Source: an uncultured delta proteobacterium (lineage in GTDB: Bacteria; Desulfobacterota; Desulfobacteria; Desulfobacterales; Desulfatirhabdiaceae). Taken from it: a stretch of DNA of 64,000 bases. The stretch spans positions 160,001 through 224,000 of the forward strand of contig CAWBKP010000014.1 in assembly GCA_963789395.1 (NCBI GenBank), in the 5' to 3' direction. Each line of letters starts with the position of its first letter. The stretch's first letter is position 1. The notes below the pieces were generated by a model, which saw only the letters and a list, made by a program, of their open reading frames with translations, had not been told where the DNA came from and did not search any database. This document shows, in pieces, positions 30,563 to 41,348 of this stretch. The position numbers and the translations under genes are program-made.

Positions 30563-31177
30563 CTATTCATTGGATGCGCGTTTGGTCAACAGCCAGGGGA
30601 ATGCGATCGCTTCGGTTAAATGGTAAGCTGCCTGCAGATAGGATGTCGGGCAGAGCGGATAGCATTCCTTGCAGTTCCAGCATTCCTGGGCAGCCAGTTC
30701 CGGAATGAAACATATTTCCCTTTTGCCGCCTTTATCGACAAATCCAATCACATTTTTCTTTTTGATCTCGGCGCAGTACCTGACACACAGCCCGCAAAGA
30801 ATGCAAAACATCGATTCTTTTTCAAAACGATTGCTATCGGCCCCATACGCTTTGGCCAGTTCCTTCAATTCATCGGAATCCGGCGCATGGGCCAGCAGGA
30901 ACTCCAGAATCAGTTTGCGAATTTTATCGACCATCTCGGACCGGGTCCTTACCGCCAAATCCGGCTCTACCGGATACAGGCAGCTGGCAACGAGTTTTGA
31001 CCTGCCGCGGGTTCCGACTTCCACCGTGCAAAGCCGGCATCCGCCATAAGGGTTTAATTTTTCGTGATGACAAAGTGTCGGAATAAAAATATCCGCACTG
31101 CGGGCTGCCGCCAATACGGTCATTCCTTCCCTTGCTTTCACTTCTTTTCCATCTATGTTTAAAATGATTTCTCTCAT
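30563..31177 (-). CDS. bamI: BamI-like (NuoG N-terminal-like) Fe-S subunit
   Basis: IPTLCHH, GGCRLC, ASC (2Fe-2S). CILCGLCVRYC and CWNCKECYPLCP. Last gene of the bam operon. Confidence 0.85.
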   Translation of the reverse strand: MREIILNIDGKEVKAREGMTVLAAARSADIFIPTLCHHEKLNPYGGCRLCTVEVGTRGRSKLVASCLYPVEPDLAVRTRSEMVDKIRKLILEFLLAHAPDSDELKELAKAYGADSNRFEKESMFCILCGLCVRYCAEIKKKNVIGFVDKGGKREICFIPELAAQECWNCKECYPLCPTSYLQAAYHLTEAIAFPWLLTKRASNE

Positions 31178-31226
31178 GGTTTTATGCTCTCTCCGGCTTT
31201 GGTTGTTGCCTGTTCACCCGTTTCTG

Positions 31227-32870
31227 TTACTGGATGTTTGCCTCAAACTCGTCTCTAAAATAGCGCAGCGCACTTTTAAGCGGGTCGGGAGCGGTTTTTC
31301 CCAGGGAACACAAAGAGGCAGCCCCCATCACCTCGGAGATCTCTTCCAGTTGCTCGATATCCCCCGCTTTTCCCTTTCCTTCACGGATTCTATCCAGTAT
31401 TTTAATCATCTGCCGGATGCCTTCCCTGCACGGGACGCATTTGCCGCATGACTCGTTGGTGAGAAAGTCGAGGAAAAACCGGGTGGCATCGACCATATCG
31501 GTATCTTCATCCATTACCAGAAGGGCGCCCGCTCCCATGGGAGCCCCCGCTTTCTGGAGCGCATCAAAATCCAGGGGGGTATCGATGAGACGCTCGGGAA
31601 TGGAACCTCCCATGGCGCCGCCAAAGTGCAGCGCTTTCAGTTTCTTCCCGTTTGGAATCCCGCCCCCGATGTCATAGACGATCTCTCTGAGCGTGGTCCC
31701 GAAAGGAACTTCCACGACCCCGGCATTCACGATATTGCCGGACAAGGATATCATTTTTGTTCCCTTGCTCCGTTCCGTGCCGATGCCGGCATACCATTCC
31801 GAGCCCTTATTGATGATCTGCGGCACGTTCGCCCAGGTTTCCACATTGTTCAGGTTGCTCGGCCTGTCCCAAATACCACTTACCGAAGTGCGGATATACT
31901 TGGGTCTCGGCTCCGGGTTCTTTCCTTCGATTGACCGCATTAATGCGCTGGACTCGCCGGACACGAATATGCCCACATCAAAATGCACCTCAACATGAAA
32001 GCTGAAGCCGGAGCCGAGGATATTTTCACCTAAAAGCCCATATTCCTCGGCCTTCTCAAGGGCATGATAAATATTATCCTTTAATTGCGGAGAATCATGA
32101 CGGGTATAGATAAAACCGCGACGGGCGCCGATCGCATAGGCGCCGATGATCAGACCTTCCAGCACGATATGCGGATTTCCCGTAAAGATGGCCCGGTCCA
32201 TGTATGCCCCGGGCTCTCCCTCATGACCATTGACGATCACATACTTTTCTTCCGCGTGCGCATTCCGGGTCGTCTCCCACTTCAAACCGGCGGGAAACCC
32301 GCCGCCGCCCCGGCCGCGCAAGTTGGCTTTCTTGATCTCATCCAGGACTTTTTCAGGGGTCAATTCAAAAAGGGCTTTGGACAGGGCCGAATATCCCCCC
32401 ATTCCCAGATAGTCATCGATGCGCCTGGGATCGATTTTGGTGTTATCACCGATAAGATGGCGCATCTGTTTCTTGTAAAAAGGAATTTCAGACAGATGCG
32501 CTGTTTTTTCACCGGTATGTGGGTCCGTGTAAATGAGCCGGTCAATCACTTTCTTTCCAAGCACGGTCTGAGAGACGATTTCAGGAACGTCCTTGGGCGT
32601 TACTTTGATATAATAAATCTCTTCCGGATAGATAACGACATTGGGCCCTTGTTCACAAAACCCATGGCAACCGGTTACGCGAAAATCGACCATGGCATCC
32701 AAAGCGTGTTTCTTGATTTCTGCTTCAAAGGCGCGGATAACCCTATCGTTACCGAGCCCGAGGCAGCCGGTTCCCGCGCATATCGCGATACAGGGTTTAT
32801 CGGGATTTCTTTTTGACAGGATATCCTTCCTGAGTTCTTCCAATTCAGCAGCTGAATTTATCCTTGGCAT
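31227..32870 (-). CDS. bamH: BamH-like (NuoF/HydB-like) FMN/NADH-binding subunit
   Basis: N-terminal CAGTGC...GCHGFC, LRGRGGGGFPAGLKW, NNVET and ESCGKCVPCREG. Confidence 0.87.
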   Translation of the reverse strand: MPRINSAAELEELRKDILSKRNPDKPCIAICAGTGCLGLGNDRVIRAFEAEIKKHALDAMVDFRVTGCHGFCEQGPNVVIYPEEIYYIKVTPKDVPEIVSQTVLGKKVIDRLIYTDPHTGEKTAHLSEIPFYKKQMRHLIGDNTKIDPRRIDDYLGMGGYSALSKALFELTPEKVLDEIKKANLRGRGGGGFPAGLKWETTRNAHAEEKYVIVNGHEGEPGAYMDRAIFTGNPHIVLEGLIIGAYAIGARRGFIYTRHDSPQLKDNIYHALEKAEEYGLLGENILGSGFSFHVEVHFDVGIFVSGESSALMRSIEGKNPEPRPKYIRTSVSGIWDRPSNLNNVETWANVPQIINKGSEWYAGIGTERSKGTKMISLSGNIVNAGVVEVPFGTTLREIVYDIGGGIPNGKKLKALHFGGAMGGSIPERLIDTPLDFDALQKAGAPMGAGALLVMDEDTDMVDATRFFLDFLTNESCGKCVPCREGIRQMIKILDRIREGKGKAGDIEQLEEISEVMGAASLCSLGKTAPDPLKSALRYFRDEFEANIQ

Positions 32871-32907
32871 GATCTTTCCTTAATCCTGAAACCTGTCAAA
32901 ACATCCT

Positions 32908-33405
32908 TTATGCATTGATTTTCAATGCATCTTTCACCTCGGCGGGCGTCAGCCTGCCGTGATGCGTCCCATCGACAATGATCTCCGGCCCCAGGGTGCA
33001 GCAGCCGAGGCAATTGCCGCCTCCCAGGCTGAATGTTGAATTGGCGTCCGTTTCTCCGGGCCTGATTCCGATCAGGTCCTGAAGCGTTGCAAGCAGATGC
33101 GACGACCCTCGCATATGGCAGGATGTGCCCGTGCATACATGAACCTCATGACGTCCCCTGGGCGTCAGACTGAAGGTTTTATAGAAGGTGGCGATTTGCA
33201 TCACCCGGCTTAAGGGCACCTGCAGCTTCTCGCTGACCTTGTCCAGAATATCCTTGGGAAGCCAATGATATTGGCTTTGAATCTCCATCAACACATGAAT
33301 CAGCGAACCGGGCTTGCCCTGATGTTCCGTGATCAGCGCATCGATTTTATCGTTGTTCATGGCCGCTGTCCGAACAGGCGCATTTGCCTGCTCCCTCGTT
33401 TTCAT
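32908..33405 (-). CDS. bamG: BamG-like (NuoE-like) 2Fe-2S subunit
   Basis: ATFYKTF, VCTGTSCH and CLGCCTLGP. Start at 33405 or 33360. Confidence 0.87.
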   Translation of the reverse strand: MKTREQANAPVRTAAMNNDKIDALITEHQGKPGSLIHVLMEIQSQYHWLPKDILDKVSEKLQVPLSRVMQIATFYKTFSLTPRGRHEVHVCTGTSCHMRGSSHLLATLQDLIGIRPGETDANSTFSLGGGNCLGCCTLGPEIIVDGTHHGRLTPAEVKDALKINA

Positions 33406-34174
33406 TACAGGCGGCCGCAATGAGGTTTTTGCTTTCATCGTACCGTCCCAGGCCCTGCCTTGCCGATGCATTGAGGTGTCTTGAAACCTCGGACGGGCTG
33501 ATGCCTAAGATCCTTGGAGAGCTCTCCCGTGGAACGGGGTTTTTCCCGCAGAAGCGCCATCATCCGGCTTATTTCCAATTTATCCGCGATCAAGTCCTTG
33601 AAAAGCCGATCGAACGCATCCCCGTTGAAAAATTCGTTAACCGCCTCGACCGATTTAACCGGTATTCGCAGTCTTTCCCGCTCCACCAGTTTAATGTAGG
33701 GAACGAGATTTTGAACCGCTTCAAGTTTTTGCTTCAGCGCATCCGGATCAATCCCCTCGCCTTCGCCAAGCGGCCCAATTCCCTAACCTTCTTCGAAAAG
33801 TCATTCATGATCTCGGCAAAACGGCTTCCTTCGGAGGCGGATACCCATTCAAGCCTAACCCTTTCGGGACTGACCCCGATGAGTTCCAGTAACTTTCTGC
33901 AAAGGTGCATCGTACTCAATGCCAGATAATTTCCCTCGGTGATATAATGGCATTCGCCGGGCCAGCAACCGCCGATAATCACGCCGTCTCTTCCATTTAA
34001 AAACGCCCGGAATATAAATGACAAATCGACCCTGCCCGTGCACATGACACGAACAATCTTGATATCAGTGGTATATTGTTGTCTGGAAACTCCAGCCAGG
34101 TCCGCAGCGGAGTATCCTCACCAGTTGCACAAAAAACCCAAGAGCTTGGGTTTAAACTCAAGTCCTGTAGCCAT
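33405..34174 (-). CDS. bamF: BamF (MvhD-like) selenoprotein with a C-terminal HTH-like extension, frameshifted; 3' end approximate
   Basis: ATG at 34174: MATGLEFKPKLLGFLCNW-U(TGA 34118-34120)-GYSAADLAG...VMCTGRVD, GCWPGECHY, WVSASEG. Continues via frameshifts into STGELSKILGISPSEVSRHL. Confidence 0.85.
34085..34117 (-). other. Candidate bacterial SECIS hairpin
   Basis: GGATACTCCGCTGCGGACCTGGCTGGAGTTTCC directly 3' of the UGA. GGA.ACTCC pairs with GGAGT.TCC. Confidence 0.65.
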
Positions 34175-34286
34175 TCTTATCTCACTCCCAAGGCAGCAAT
34201 CACTGCGATGTTCATTGGTGGAATTCCATCAGGTCGGCACCGCCGAAAGGGCCGGAACCGCCGCGTCAATTCAGTCAAAGACCTCT

Positions 34287-37200
34287 TTAAGCTGCGTCAA
34301 TCTGGCGAAGGATCTCTTCATCGGTAAAATGCTTCAGGGAGATTGCCCCGGTCGGGCACCTGGTGTTGCAGAGACCGTCCCCCTTGCAGAGGATGGGATT
34401 GACACTGGCCTTTTTGCCTTTCGGGGTATCGTGAAAATCGATGGCGCCATAATTGCAGACCGAAATACATGCCCCGCACGATCGCAGGCATGCTCATTCA
34501 CCTCGCAAACGGCGCCGGAGGCAATGACGGAATCCTTCGTGAGAATGGTCAACGCCCGGCCGGCGGCTCCGTAAGCCTGGCTGATCGCTTCCGGGATGTG
34601 CTTGGGATAGTGTGCGATGCCGCAGAGAAAAACGCCATCAGCGGCAAAGTCGACGGGCCGCAATTTCACATGGGCTTCCTGGAAAAAACCGTCGGGATTC
34701 ATGGCGACCTTGAACAGTTTTGCCATGTCCATGCTGCCCGCCGAGGGAACAACAGCGGCGGATAGAACGAGGAAATCGGCGTCCAATTCAAGCCGCTGGC
34801 ATAGAATGGGATCGGGAACGGTTACCCGCAACACGGGCTTGCCTTCCGCTTCAACCGCTTCGACCTCCGGCTTATCCGCCGGTTCCCAGCGGATAAACCG
34901 CACGCCCTTTTCCGCCGCCTCGCGATAAAAATCCTCCCTGTACCCATAGGTCCGCATATCCCGGAAGAGAACGTAGACATCCATCCGGGGATTTATCTCT
35001 TTGAGTTTCAAGGCATTTTTCACGGCATGGCTGCAGCATATCCGGGCGCAGTAATTTCGGTCCGGCTGCCTGCACCCGACGCATTGGATCATCACCAGGC
35101 TTTCGGCGCTCATCAGCCGTTCATCCGCCCGGGCGATTCGCTCCTCCAGCTCCAACTGGGTCAGACACCCGTTCATCCTTCCCATAAAGGAATTCGTCGG
35201 GTTTATATTCCTCGGCGCCCGTTGCAAGAATGGCCGTCCCATGTTTGATTCGATCGACGCGCCCCTCGTATTTCACCGTCGTGATGAAATTTCCCACATA
35301 TCCGGATACATCCGTGATGGTGGCATCGATGCGTGACACTGGATTAAGGGGTGCCGGTAGACTTTGTGGATCATGTCGTTCAAAAAGGTTTGAACGTCCA
35401 TTCCTTCCAGGGTGTAATGAATCCTTCTGGCCATGCCGCCCAGGTTCCCGTTCTTTTCCACCAGGAAGACCTCAAATCCCTGGTCGGCCAGACTCAGCGC
35501 ACTGGTCATACCGGCAATGCCGCCGCCGACCACCAGGGTCGCTCTTGTTGACCGGCAGCTTGAATTCCTGAAGCGGTTCCAGAAGGGCGGCTCTTGAAAT
35601 CGCCATGCGGACGATTTCCTTTGCCTTCTGTGTCGCCTTGTCCTTTTCCTTGGAGTGAACCCAGGAGCAATGCTCCCTGATGTTGGCCATTTCATAGAAG
35701 TATTGATTGATTCCTCCCTCACGGCAGGTGTCCCTGAAAAGCGGCTCGTGCGTCCGGGGAGTACATGCGGCGACAACCACGCGGTTGAGCCCCTTGTCCC
35801 GTATCGTATTGGCGATCTGCTGGGCATTATCCGTTGAGCAGGCAAAGAGGCTTTCCTGAGAATGCACCACATTGCCCAGCGTGGATGCATATTCAACCAC
35901 CGATGGAACATCCACCACCCTTCCGATGTTGGCGCCGCAATGACACACAAACACACCCACCTTGGGTTCCTCTTTCGAGACATCCCTTTCCGGCGGATAG
36001 ATTCTTTCCCTGGCCAGGTCTCCGCGCCGGTAGGATAGAAGCTGTCCGCAAAGGGATTCGGCCCCGCTGGCACCCGTTACCGATTCTGGGATATCCACGG
36101 GTCCCTGAAAAGCGCCGCTTACAAATATCCCCGGACGGGTGGTTTCGATGGGATTCAGGGGGTTGACCTTACAGAATCCGTGGGAATTGAGCTCGATGCC
36201 GAACTTATCGGCCAAATCCGTCACATCGGCAGGAGGCGTCAAACCGACCGACAGCACAACCAGATCGAATTCTTCCTCTTTTACGCCATCGGCAGCAGTG
36301 GCATATCGTATGGTTACATTATGGGTTTCCGGCATCTCCCTTCCGACCGATACATAGCTTCTGATGAACCGGACGCCGGAAAGGTTTTCCGCCCGCTGGT
36401 AAAATCGCTCAAAATCCTTGCCGAATGCCCGAATATCGTTATGAAACACGGTCGCGTCCAGATCCGCGTCGTGATCTTTGGCAAGAATCACCTGCTTCTG
36501 GGTGTATGCGCAGCATACGGCGGAGCAATAGCTGTTGCCTCCCGCGATCACCTGTCTCGAACCGACGCATTGAATCCACGCGATCCGGTGCGGATGCTTC
36601 CTGTCGGAAGGACGCAGCACCTCTCCTTCGAAAGGCCCCGTGGAACACAACAGCCGCTCAAAATCCAGGCCGGTTACCACGTTCGGCATGATGCCATAGC
36701 CGTAATCGTTCCTGAGCCTGGGGTCAAATACCTCATAACCCGGCGCCATGATAATCGCGCCGACTTCCACCTGCAGGAACTCTTCCTTTTGATTCAGATC
36801 GATGGCCTCATTTTTACAGACGCCCATGCAAATGGTGCATTTCTCATCCTGAAGGTACAGACAGGTTTCCGGGTCCACGTACGTGATAAGGGGAACGGCC
36901 TGAGAAAAGTAGATATGGATCGCTTTATTGAGTGACAACCCCTGATTGTATGTATCGGGAACCTTGACCGGACAGAATTCAACACAGGTGGTACACCCCG
37001 TGCACCTTTCCTCGATGATATATCTGGGTTTTTTGATCAGCGTGACCTTGAAGTCTCCTGCCTTTCCCTTGACGCTTTCAACCTCTGTATAGGTCAGAAT
37101 CTCGATGTTGGGGTGCCGGCTGCATTCAATGAACTTGGGGGATTCAATGCACATGGAGCAGTCATTGGTGGGAAAGGTCTTATCGAGCTGGGACATCTTG

Positions 37201-37367
37201 CCGCCAATGGCCGGGGATTTATCGACCAGAAAAACCCTGAAACCCGTATTGGCAAGATCAAGGGCGGCCTGAATGCCGCTGATCCCGCCACCGACAACCA
37301 TAACGTCTATCAGATTATTATCCTCGGGACTGTCAACCGGCAGCCCTTCGACTGGTTCGTTTTCCAA
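34287..37367 (-). CDS. bamE: BamE (HdrA-like flavoprotein), at least three frameshifts
   Basis: VVGGGISG, LDKTFPTNDCSMC, QCVGSR, YCSAVCC, VFVCHCG, ANIREHCSWVH, a second VGGGIAG, YCARICC, EAHVKLRPVD and a C-terminal ferredoxin ending EILRQIDAA at 34287. Confidence 0.88.
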
Positions 37368-37400
37368 TATTCTTTGTCCTTTTCAGGTTTCAACGGTTCC

Positions 37401-38565
37401 CTAAATCATTTCCTGGATAAGTTCCGTGATGTCCTTAACCTCCAAAACACCCTCGTACCCCAGGTTCAACCTGCTTTCCTCAAAATTGGTGATGCAATAC
37501 GGGCAGGAGGTAGCCAGCACCTCCGCCCCGATCTCCCTGGCTTGCTGCAGTCTGAGGTCCGAGAATCTTTCATTCATTGGCGTGTCCATCCAGATCCGGC
37601 CGCCTCCCCCGCCGCAGCAGAGACTGTCTTTGCCCGAATCGCTCATCTCAAGGAGTTCCAGGCCGGGTATTTTCTTCAAGACCTGCCGGGGCTCATCATA
37701 GATGCCGTTATGCCGGCCAAGATAACAGGGGTCATGATATGTCACTTTCCTGCCATACTCTCCGGTGAATTTGAGCCTTCCCGCATAGACAAGCTCGGAC
37801 AGATACTGGGAGATATGAACGACCTCAAAGTTTACCTTGAATTCGGAATATTCGTTTTTAAAGGTGTGGTAGCAGTGCGGGGAGGAAACAAGGATTTTTT
37901 TCACGCCATTTTCAATAAATGTTTTGATGTTTTCCCTGGCCAGGCGTTTGAATACATCCTCGCTGCCCGTCTTTCGGATGCTTTCTCCGCAGCAGTTCTC
38001 CTTGGTGCCCAATATCCCGAAATCCACTCCTGCCCTGTTAAGGATATGGGCTGTGGCAGCGGCGACTTTTTTCAGTCTTGGGTCAAAGCTGAGGTAGCAC
38101 CCGACAAAATATAGCACTTCCATTCCCTCGGTGAACGGTTTTACGGGCAGGCCTGTTGCCCAATCCGCCCGTTTTTTCCGCTCAAACTGCAGGGGGTTGC
38201 CTTCGGAAATGAGGCTGGCCCGTGCAGTGCGGGCCGGACGGACGGATGCGGGGAAAACATCATAATTTGAAGCAACCCGGCGCAAGGGATATCCCCACCT
38301 CTATCTGTTTTACCCCCCTTGGGCAGTTCTGAGGACAGTTCCCGCAGGTCGTGCAACGCCATATGTCTTCACCGTCTATTTCGGTCAGACCGAAGGTCGC
38401 CTCTCGGATGATCCTGCGGATGCTGAAGGGTCTCACCCTGTTCCAGGGGCAAACCGTGTCGCATTTTCCGCATTGAAAGCAATACCTGAAGGCGTCTCCA
38501 CCGGCCTCGATGACTTCGGCGATTACCTCTTTGAAGGGGGCTATGGTCTCCACGGTCTGTATCAA
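37401..38565 (-). CDS. bamD: BamD (HdrC/HdrB-like Fe-S protein with CCG domains), frameshift near 38280
   Basis: CFQCGKCDTVCP, CTTCGNCPQNCP, ENCCG, TYHDPCYLGRHN, LCCGGGGG and CPYC. Confidence 0.88.
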
Positions 38566-38589
38566 TCCTCTTCTTTCACCTGAAATGTG

Positions 38590-39149
38590 TCAGCGCCTGG
38601 ACAATCGGGAAAAGGTGTCCATTACCTTTTTCAAGCCATGTTGTTTTACCAGTGACTCGTATGCCATCTTCAGCTCCACCCGTTTCTCTGCTTCCGTTGT
38701 GCCTTCTTCTTGCACTTCCTCCACCCTCTCTTCGTAAGTCAGGGCATTGAATTTGCAGGCCTGAACGCACATTGGCTGTGGCCAGCGGTGGCACATCTTC
38801 ACACATATCACATTTTAGCGGAAGACCGGAGTCGGGTTCCTTGAAATAATCCCTGGATGGGCAGGATGCCGGGCAAAATGCACACTCTGAGTATTCTTTC
38901 CCATGAATAACATACAGGTTTCTGCCGTTACATTCGGCTTGCGTATAGTCACCGGCACGGATCGGAATATAGATGTCTTTGAGCTTCATCCATAAACACC
39001 CTGATCCGGGCTTTGGCCGGATTCAGGCTGCTGTATTTCGGCACAGCGTGAAATGCGGAGCAGGCCATCTCGCATGACCGGCAACCCGTGCATTTATCAA
39101 TATCGACTTTTATCTCTTTTACGATTTTCTTTTTTAACCCGCCCTTCAC
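38590..39149 (-). CDS. bamC: BamC (Fe-S subunit), two frameshifts
   Basis: CTGCRSCEMACS, ECNGR, ECAFCPASCPSRDYFKEPDSGLPLKCDMC and PMCVQAC, spread over three frames. Confidence 0.88.
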
Positions 39150-41127
39150 GGTTATCCCCCCTTCGCGTTATTTCTTCTCTGTTGCCGCCGAAGTATCCTT
39201 GTCGGATAATATTTTCATTTTCCGTCAGAATCCCCCGCTTCAGGAAGTCGTCGCTCACAAAGCCCAGGCCGAGTTTGTCCAATGTCTCTTTGGTGGGGAT
39301 TCCCTCTTTATTCCATCCCTTGAACGCATAATAGTCGTCAAGCAGCTTCTGCTCCATTTCTTCGTTTCGTACCGCCCAGTGGTCCTCTGGAGGCCGCTCA
39401 TCTTTTCTTCTCAAGCCCCTTCTGGTATTGATGGCCCGGACCAGTGTCCGGTTTCTCTGAAAAACCTGCCACAGTTTGTCCTTGTCCATCTCGATGCCGG
39501 TGGCAAGTGCAATGAGTTCCGGAATATTATGGATGTTATAGGCGACATCTCCGCCAAACTGCCCTCTGAATGAGGATACGAATCCGCACAGTCCGGTGGC
39601 GTCATCGATATAGTGCATGGCTTCATTCCAATCGACAATGTCGCAGAACGCCTGACTGGACATGACATCGCGTTTTTCCCAGTTCAGAAAATATTCCTTG
39701 AATTTATTGTCCGGCGGGGAGGTCCAGTTTTTGACAAAGGCTTCTCTCTCCGCCATGGTGGGAAGGGGATCCTGGGGGAAGGAACCTTCAATCTGGGTGA
39801 TACTCATCTTCTCACCCGTGGCGATCATCAGAAAATAGGCCAGGTTGACCTTTCCCAGCTTGATAGGCAGCTGTTCGAATTTCTTGGTGGTATTATGATC
39901 GTATTTTTCCGCGCCTTTCCCAATCCGGCGGGCTGCCCAATAGACGCCATCGGCTAAAATATCGCCGATTCCTTCCCGGCGGACAATTTTTTCCAGCAGG
40001 TAGAAAAATCTGTCTCCACTGTCGGCCGGCAGGCCCGGCATGTCCTGATCCGTTAAAATTCCGGCTTCGTATAGCTCCAGGGCAAAGGCCATAACTTGCG
40101 GCGTTGAGTAGGAGTCCAGCCCGTACTCCTGGGCAATACCCAGTATGTCATAGGAAAAGTCCAGTTCCTTAAAGGCCGCCATATGATAGGTGTCTTTTCC
40201 GTAACATTTGTAACCGAACCGCTTCTTTCCCGGCCAGTTGATCACATTGCGGCAATTCTTCGGGCAGTTATAGCAGCTCGTTTGCCTGTCCATGTGATCA
40301 TATTTCAACTTCCGCCATCTCTCTTCGAGTTCTTTGCTCCAGAAATTTTTTCTCCGCGTACGCGCATTTCCCCAGGCAAAATGATTGTGGTGGAAACTGT
40401 CATCTTCATCATAGGCCATCCAGTCCCCGCATCCATCACTTTCAGCAATCTGCTTGTGCAGATTGAGGCATTTCTCAAATAGCTCAGCCGGCCCGGCGAT
40501 ATGGATGTCTTTTGTTCCGCGAACAGCAATTGCCTTTAATCGTTTGTCTCCCATGATCACGCCCACCCCGCGAGCCGCGCTGGAGTGACCGTGATCGATG
40601 GAAGCCGTATAGACCCTGTTTTCGCCGGCAAGGCCGATAGCCGCCACCTGGACCTTGTCGTCCTTCAACTCTTTTTTCAGCAGATCCCCGGTTTCCGTAC
40701 AGCCTTTTCCCCGGAGATGAGTGGCATCCCGTATTTCCACTTTGTCATTGTTGATATACAGATAAACCAGATCGTCGGCCTTGCCGCGAATGACGATTTG
40801 ATCATAACCGGCATGTTTCATTTCCGGCCCGAAAAATCCCCCCATTAAAGAGTGGGACATTAAATTTGTCTGGGGAGAAAACGTATTCACTGCAACGCGA
40901 TTGGCGCCGGGAACGGGAGTGGCATTTAAAAGACCGGCGGTGAATATCAGCAGATTGTCGGGAGAAAACGGCTCAACCTCGGGAGGAACCCTGTCAAATA
41001 GTATTTTGGCGGCAGTACCCTGTCCCCCCAGATAAAGCTCGGTTAATCTCGGGTCAGTTTCGACCTTCTCGATGCTTCCCCGGGATAGATCAATTTCTAA
41101 ATTTACCCCTGTCTCTCCGTACCTCAT
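39097..41127 (-). CDS. bamB: BamB-like tungstopterin catalytic subunit of a class II aryl-CoA reductase
   Basis: MRYGETG, DRVPPEVEPFSP, WGNARTRR, SCYNCPKNC, KC (W ligand), TGEKMSITQIEG and HYIDDA, followed by bamC-I. The true stop is probably TAA at 39168-39170 after a late frameshift. Confidence 0.9.
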   Translation of the reverse strand: MRYGETGVNLEIDLSRGSIEKVETDPRLTELYLGGQGTAAKILFDRVPPEVEPFSPDNLLIFTAGLLNATPVPGANRVAVNTFSPQTNLMSHSLMGGFFGPEMKHAGYDQIVIRGKADDLVYLYINNDKVEIRDATHLRGKGCTETGDLLKKELKDDKVQVAAIGLAGENRVYTASIDHGHSSAARGVGVIMGDKRLKAIAVRGTKDIHIAGPAELFEKCLNLHKQIAESDGCGDWMAYDEDDSFHHNHFAWGNARTRRKNFWSKELEERWRKLKYDHMDRQTSCYNCPKNCRNVINWPGKKRFGYKCYGKDTYHMAAFKELDFSYDILGIAQEYGLDSYSTPQVMAFALELYEAGILTDQDMPGLPADSGDRFFYLLEKIVRREGIGDILADGVYWAARRIGKGAEKYDHNTTKKFEQLPIKLGKVNLAYFLMIATGEKMSITQIEGSFPQDPLPTMAEREAFVKNWTSPPDNKFKEYFLNWEKRDVMSSQAFCDIVDWNEAMHYIDDATGLCGFVSSFRGQFGGDVAYNIHNIPELIALATGIEMDKDKLWQVFQRNRTLVRAINTRRGLRRKDERPPEDHWAVRNEEMEQKLLDDYYAFKGWNKEGIPTKETLDKLGLGFVSDDFLKRGILTENENIIRQGYFGGNREEITRRGDNREGRVKKENRKRDKSRY

Positions 41128-41348
41128 TATTAACCCCTTCTATATTTGTAACCATTAAATATTGAAACAAACAATCTTTTTTCCGCCAAATCGTAATACC
41201 CGATGACAAATTACTTTCCTTTTCGAAATCAGACAAGACGATTATCGCCGATTGTCTTACCAAAACCCGAGGGTCGCCTTTCTAATTTCGCGTCTCATTC
41301 ATTCGGTTGAAGGGCCCTGAAATCATGGAAAAGCGATGATTGATCTCC

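Noticed and set aside
34257..34301. Short duplication ATTGACGC at the bamE 3' end
   Set aside because: Too short to separate from chance or a minor local rearrangement.
30563..38565. Calling this block complex I (nuoEFG) or a methanogen-type Hdr/Mvh hydrogenase
   Set aside because: No membrane Nuo subunits or hydrogenase large subunit, and the order after bamBC matches bamDEFGHI.
39097..39170. Real overlap between the bamB C-terminus and bamC
   Set aside because: An alternative frame ends ...SAATEKK with a stop just before the bamC RBS, so a late indel is more plausible.
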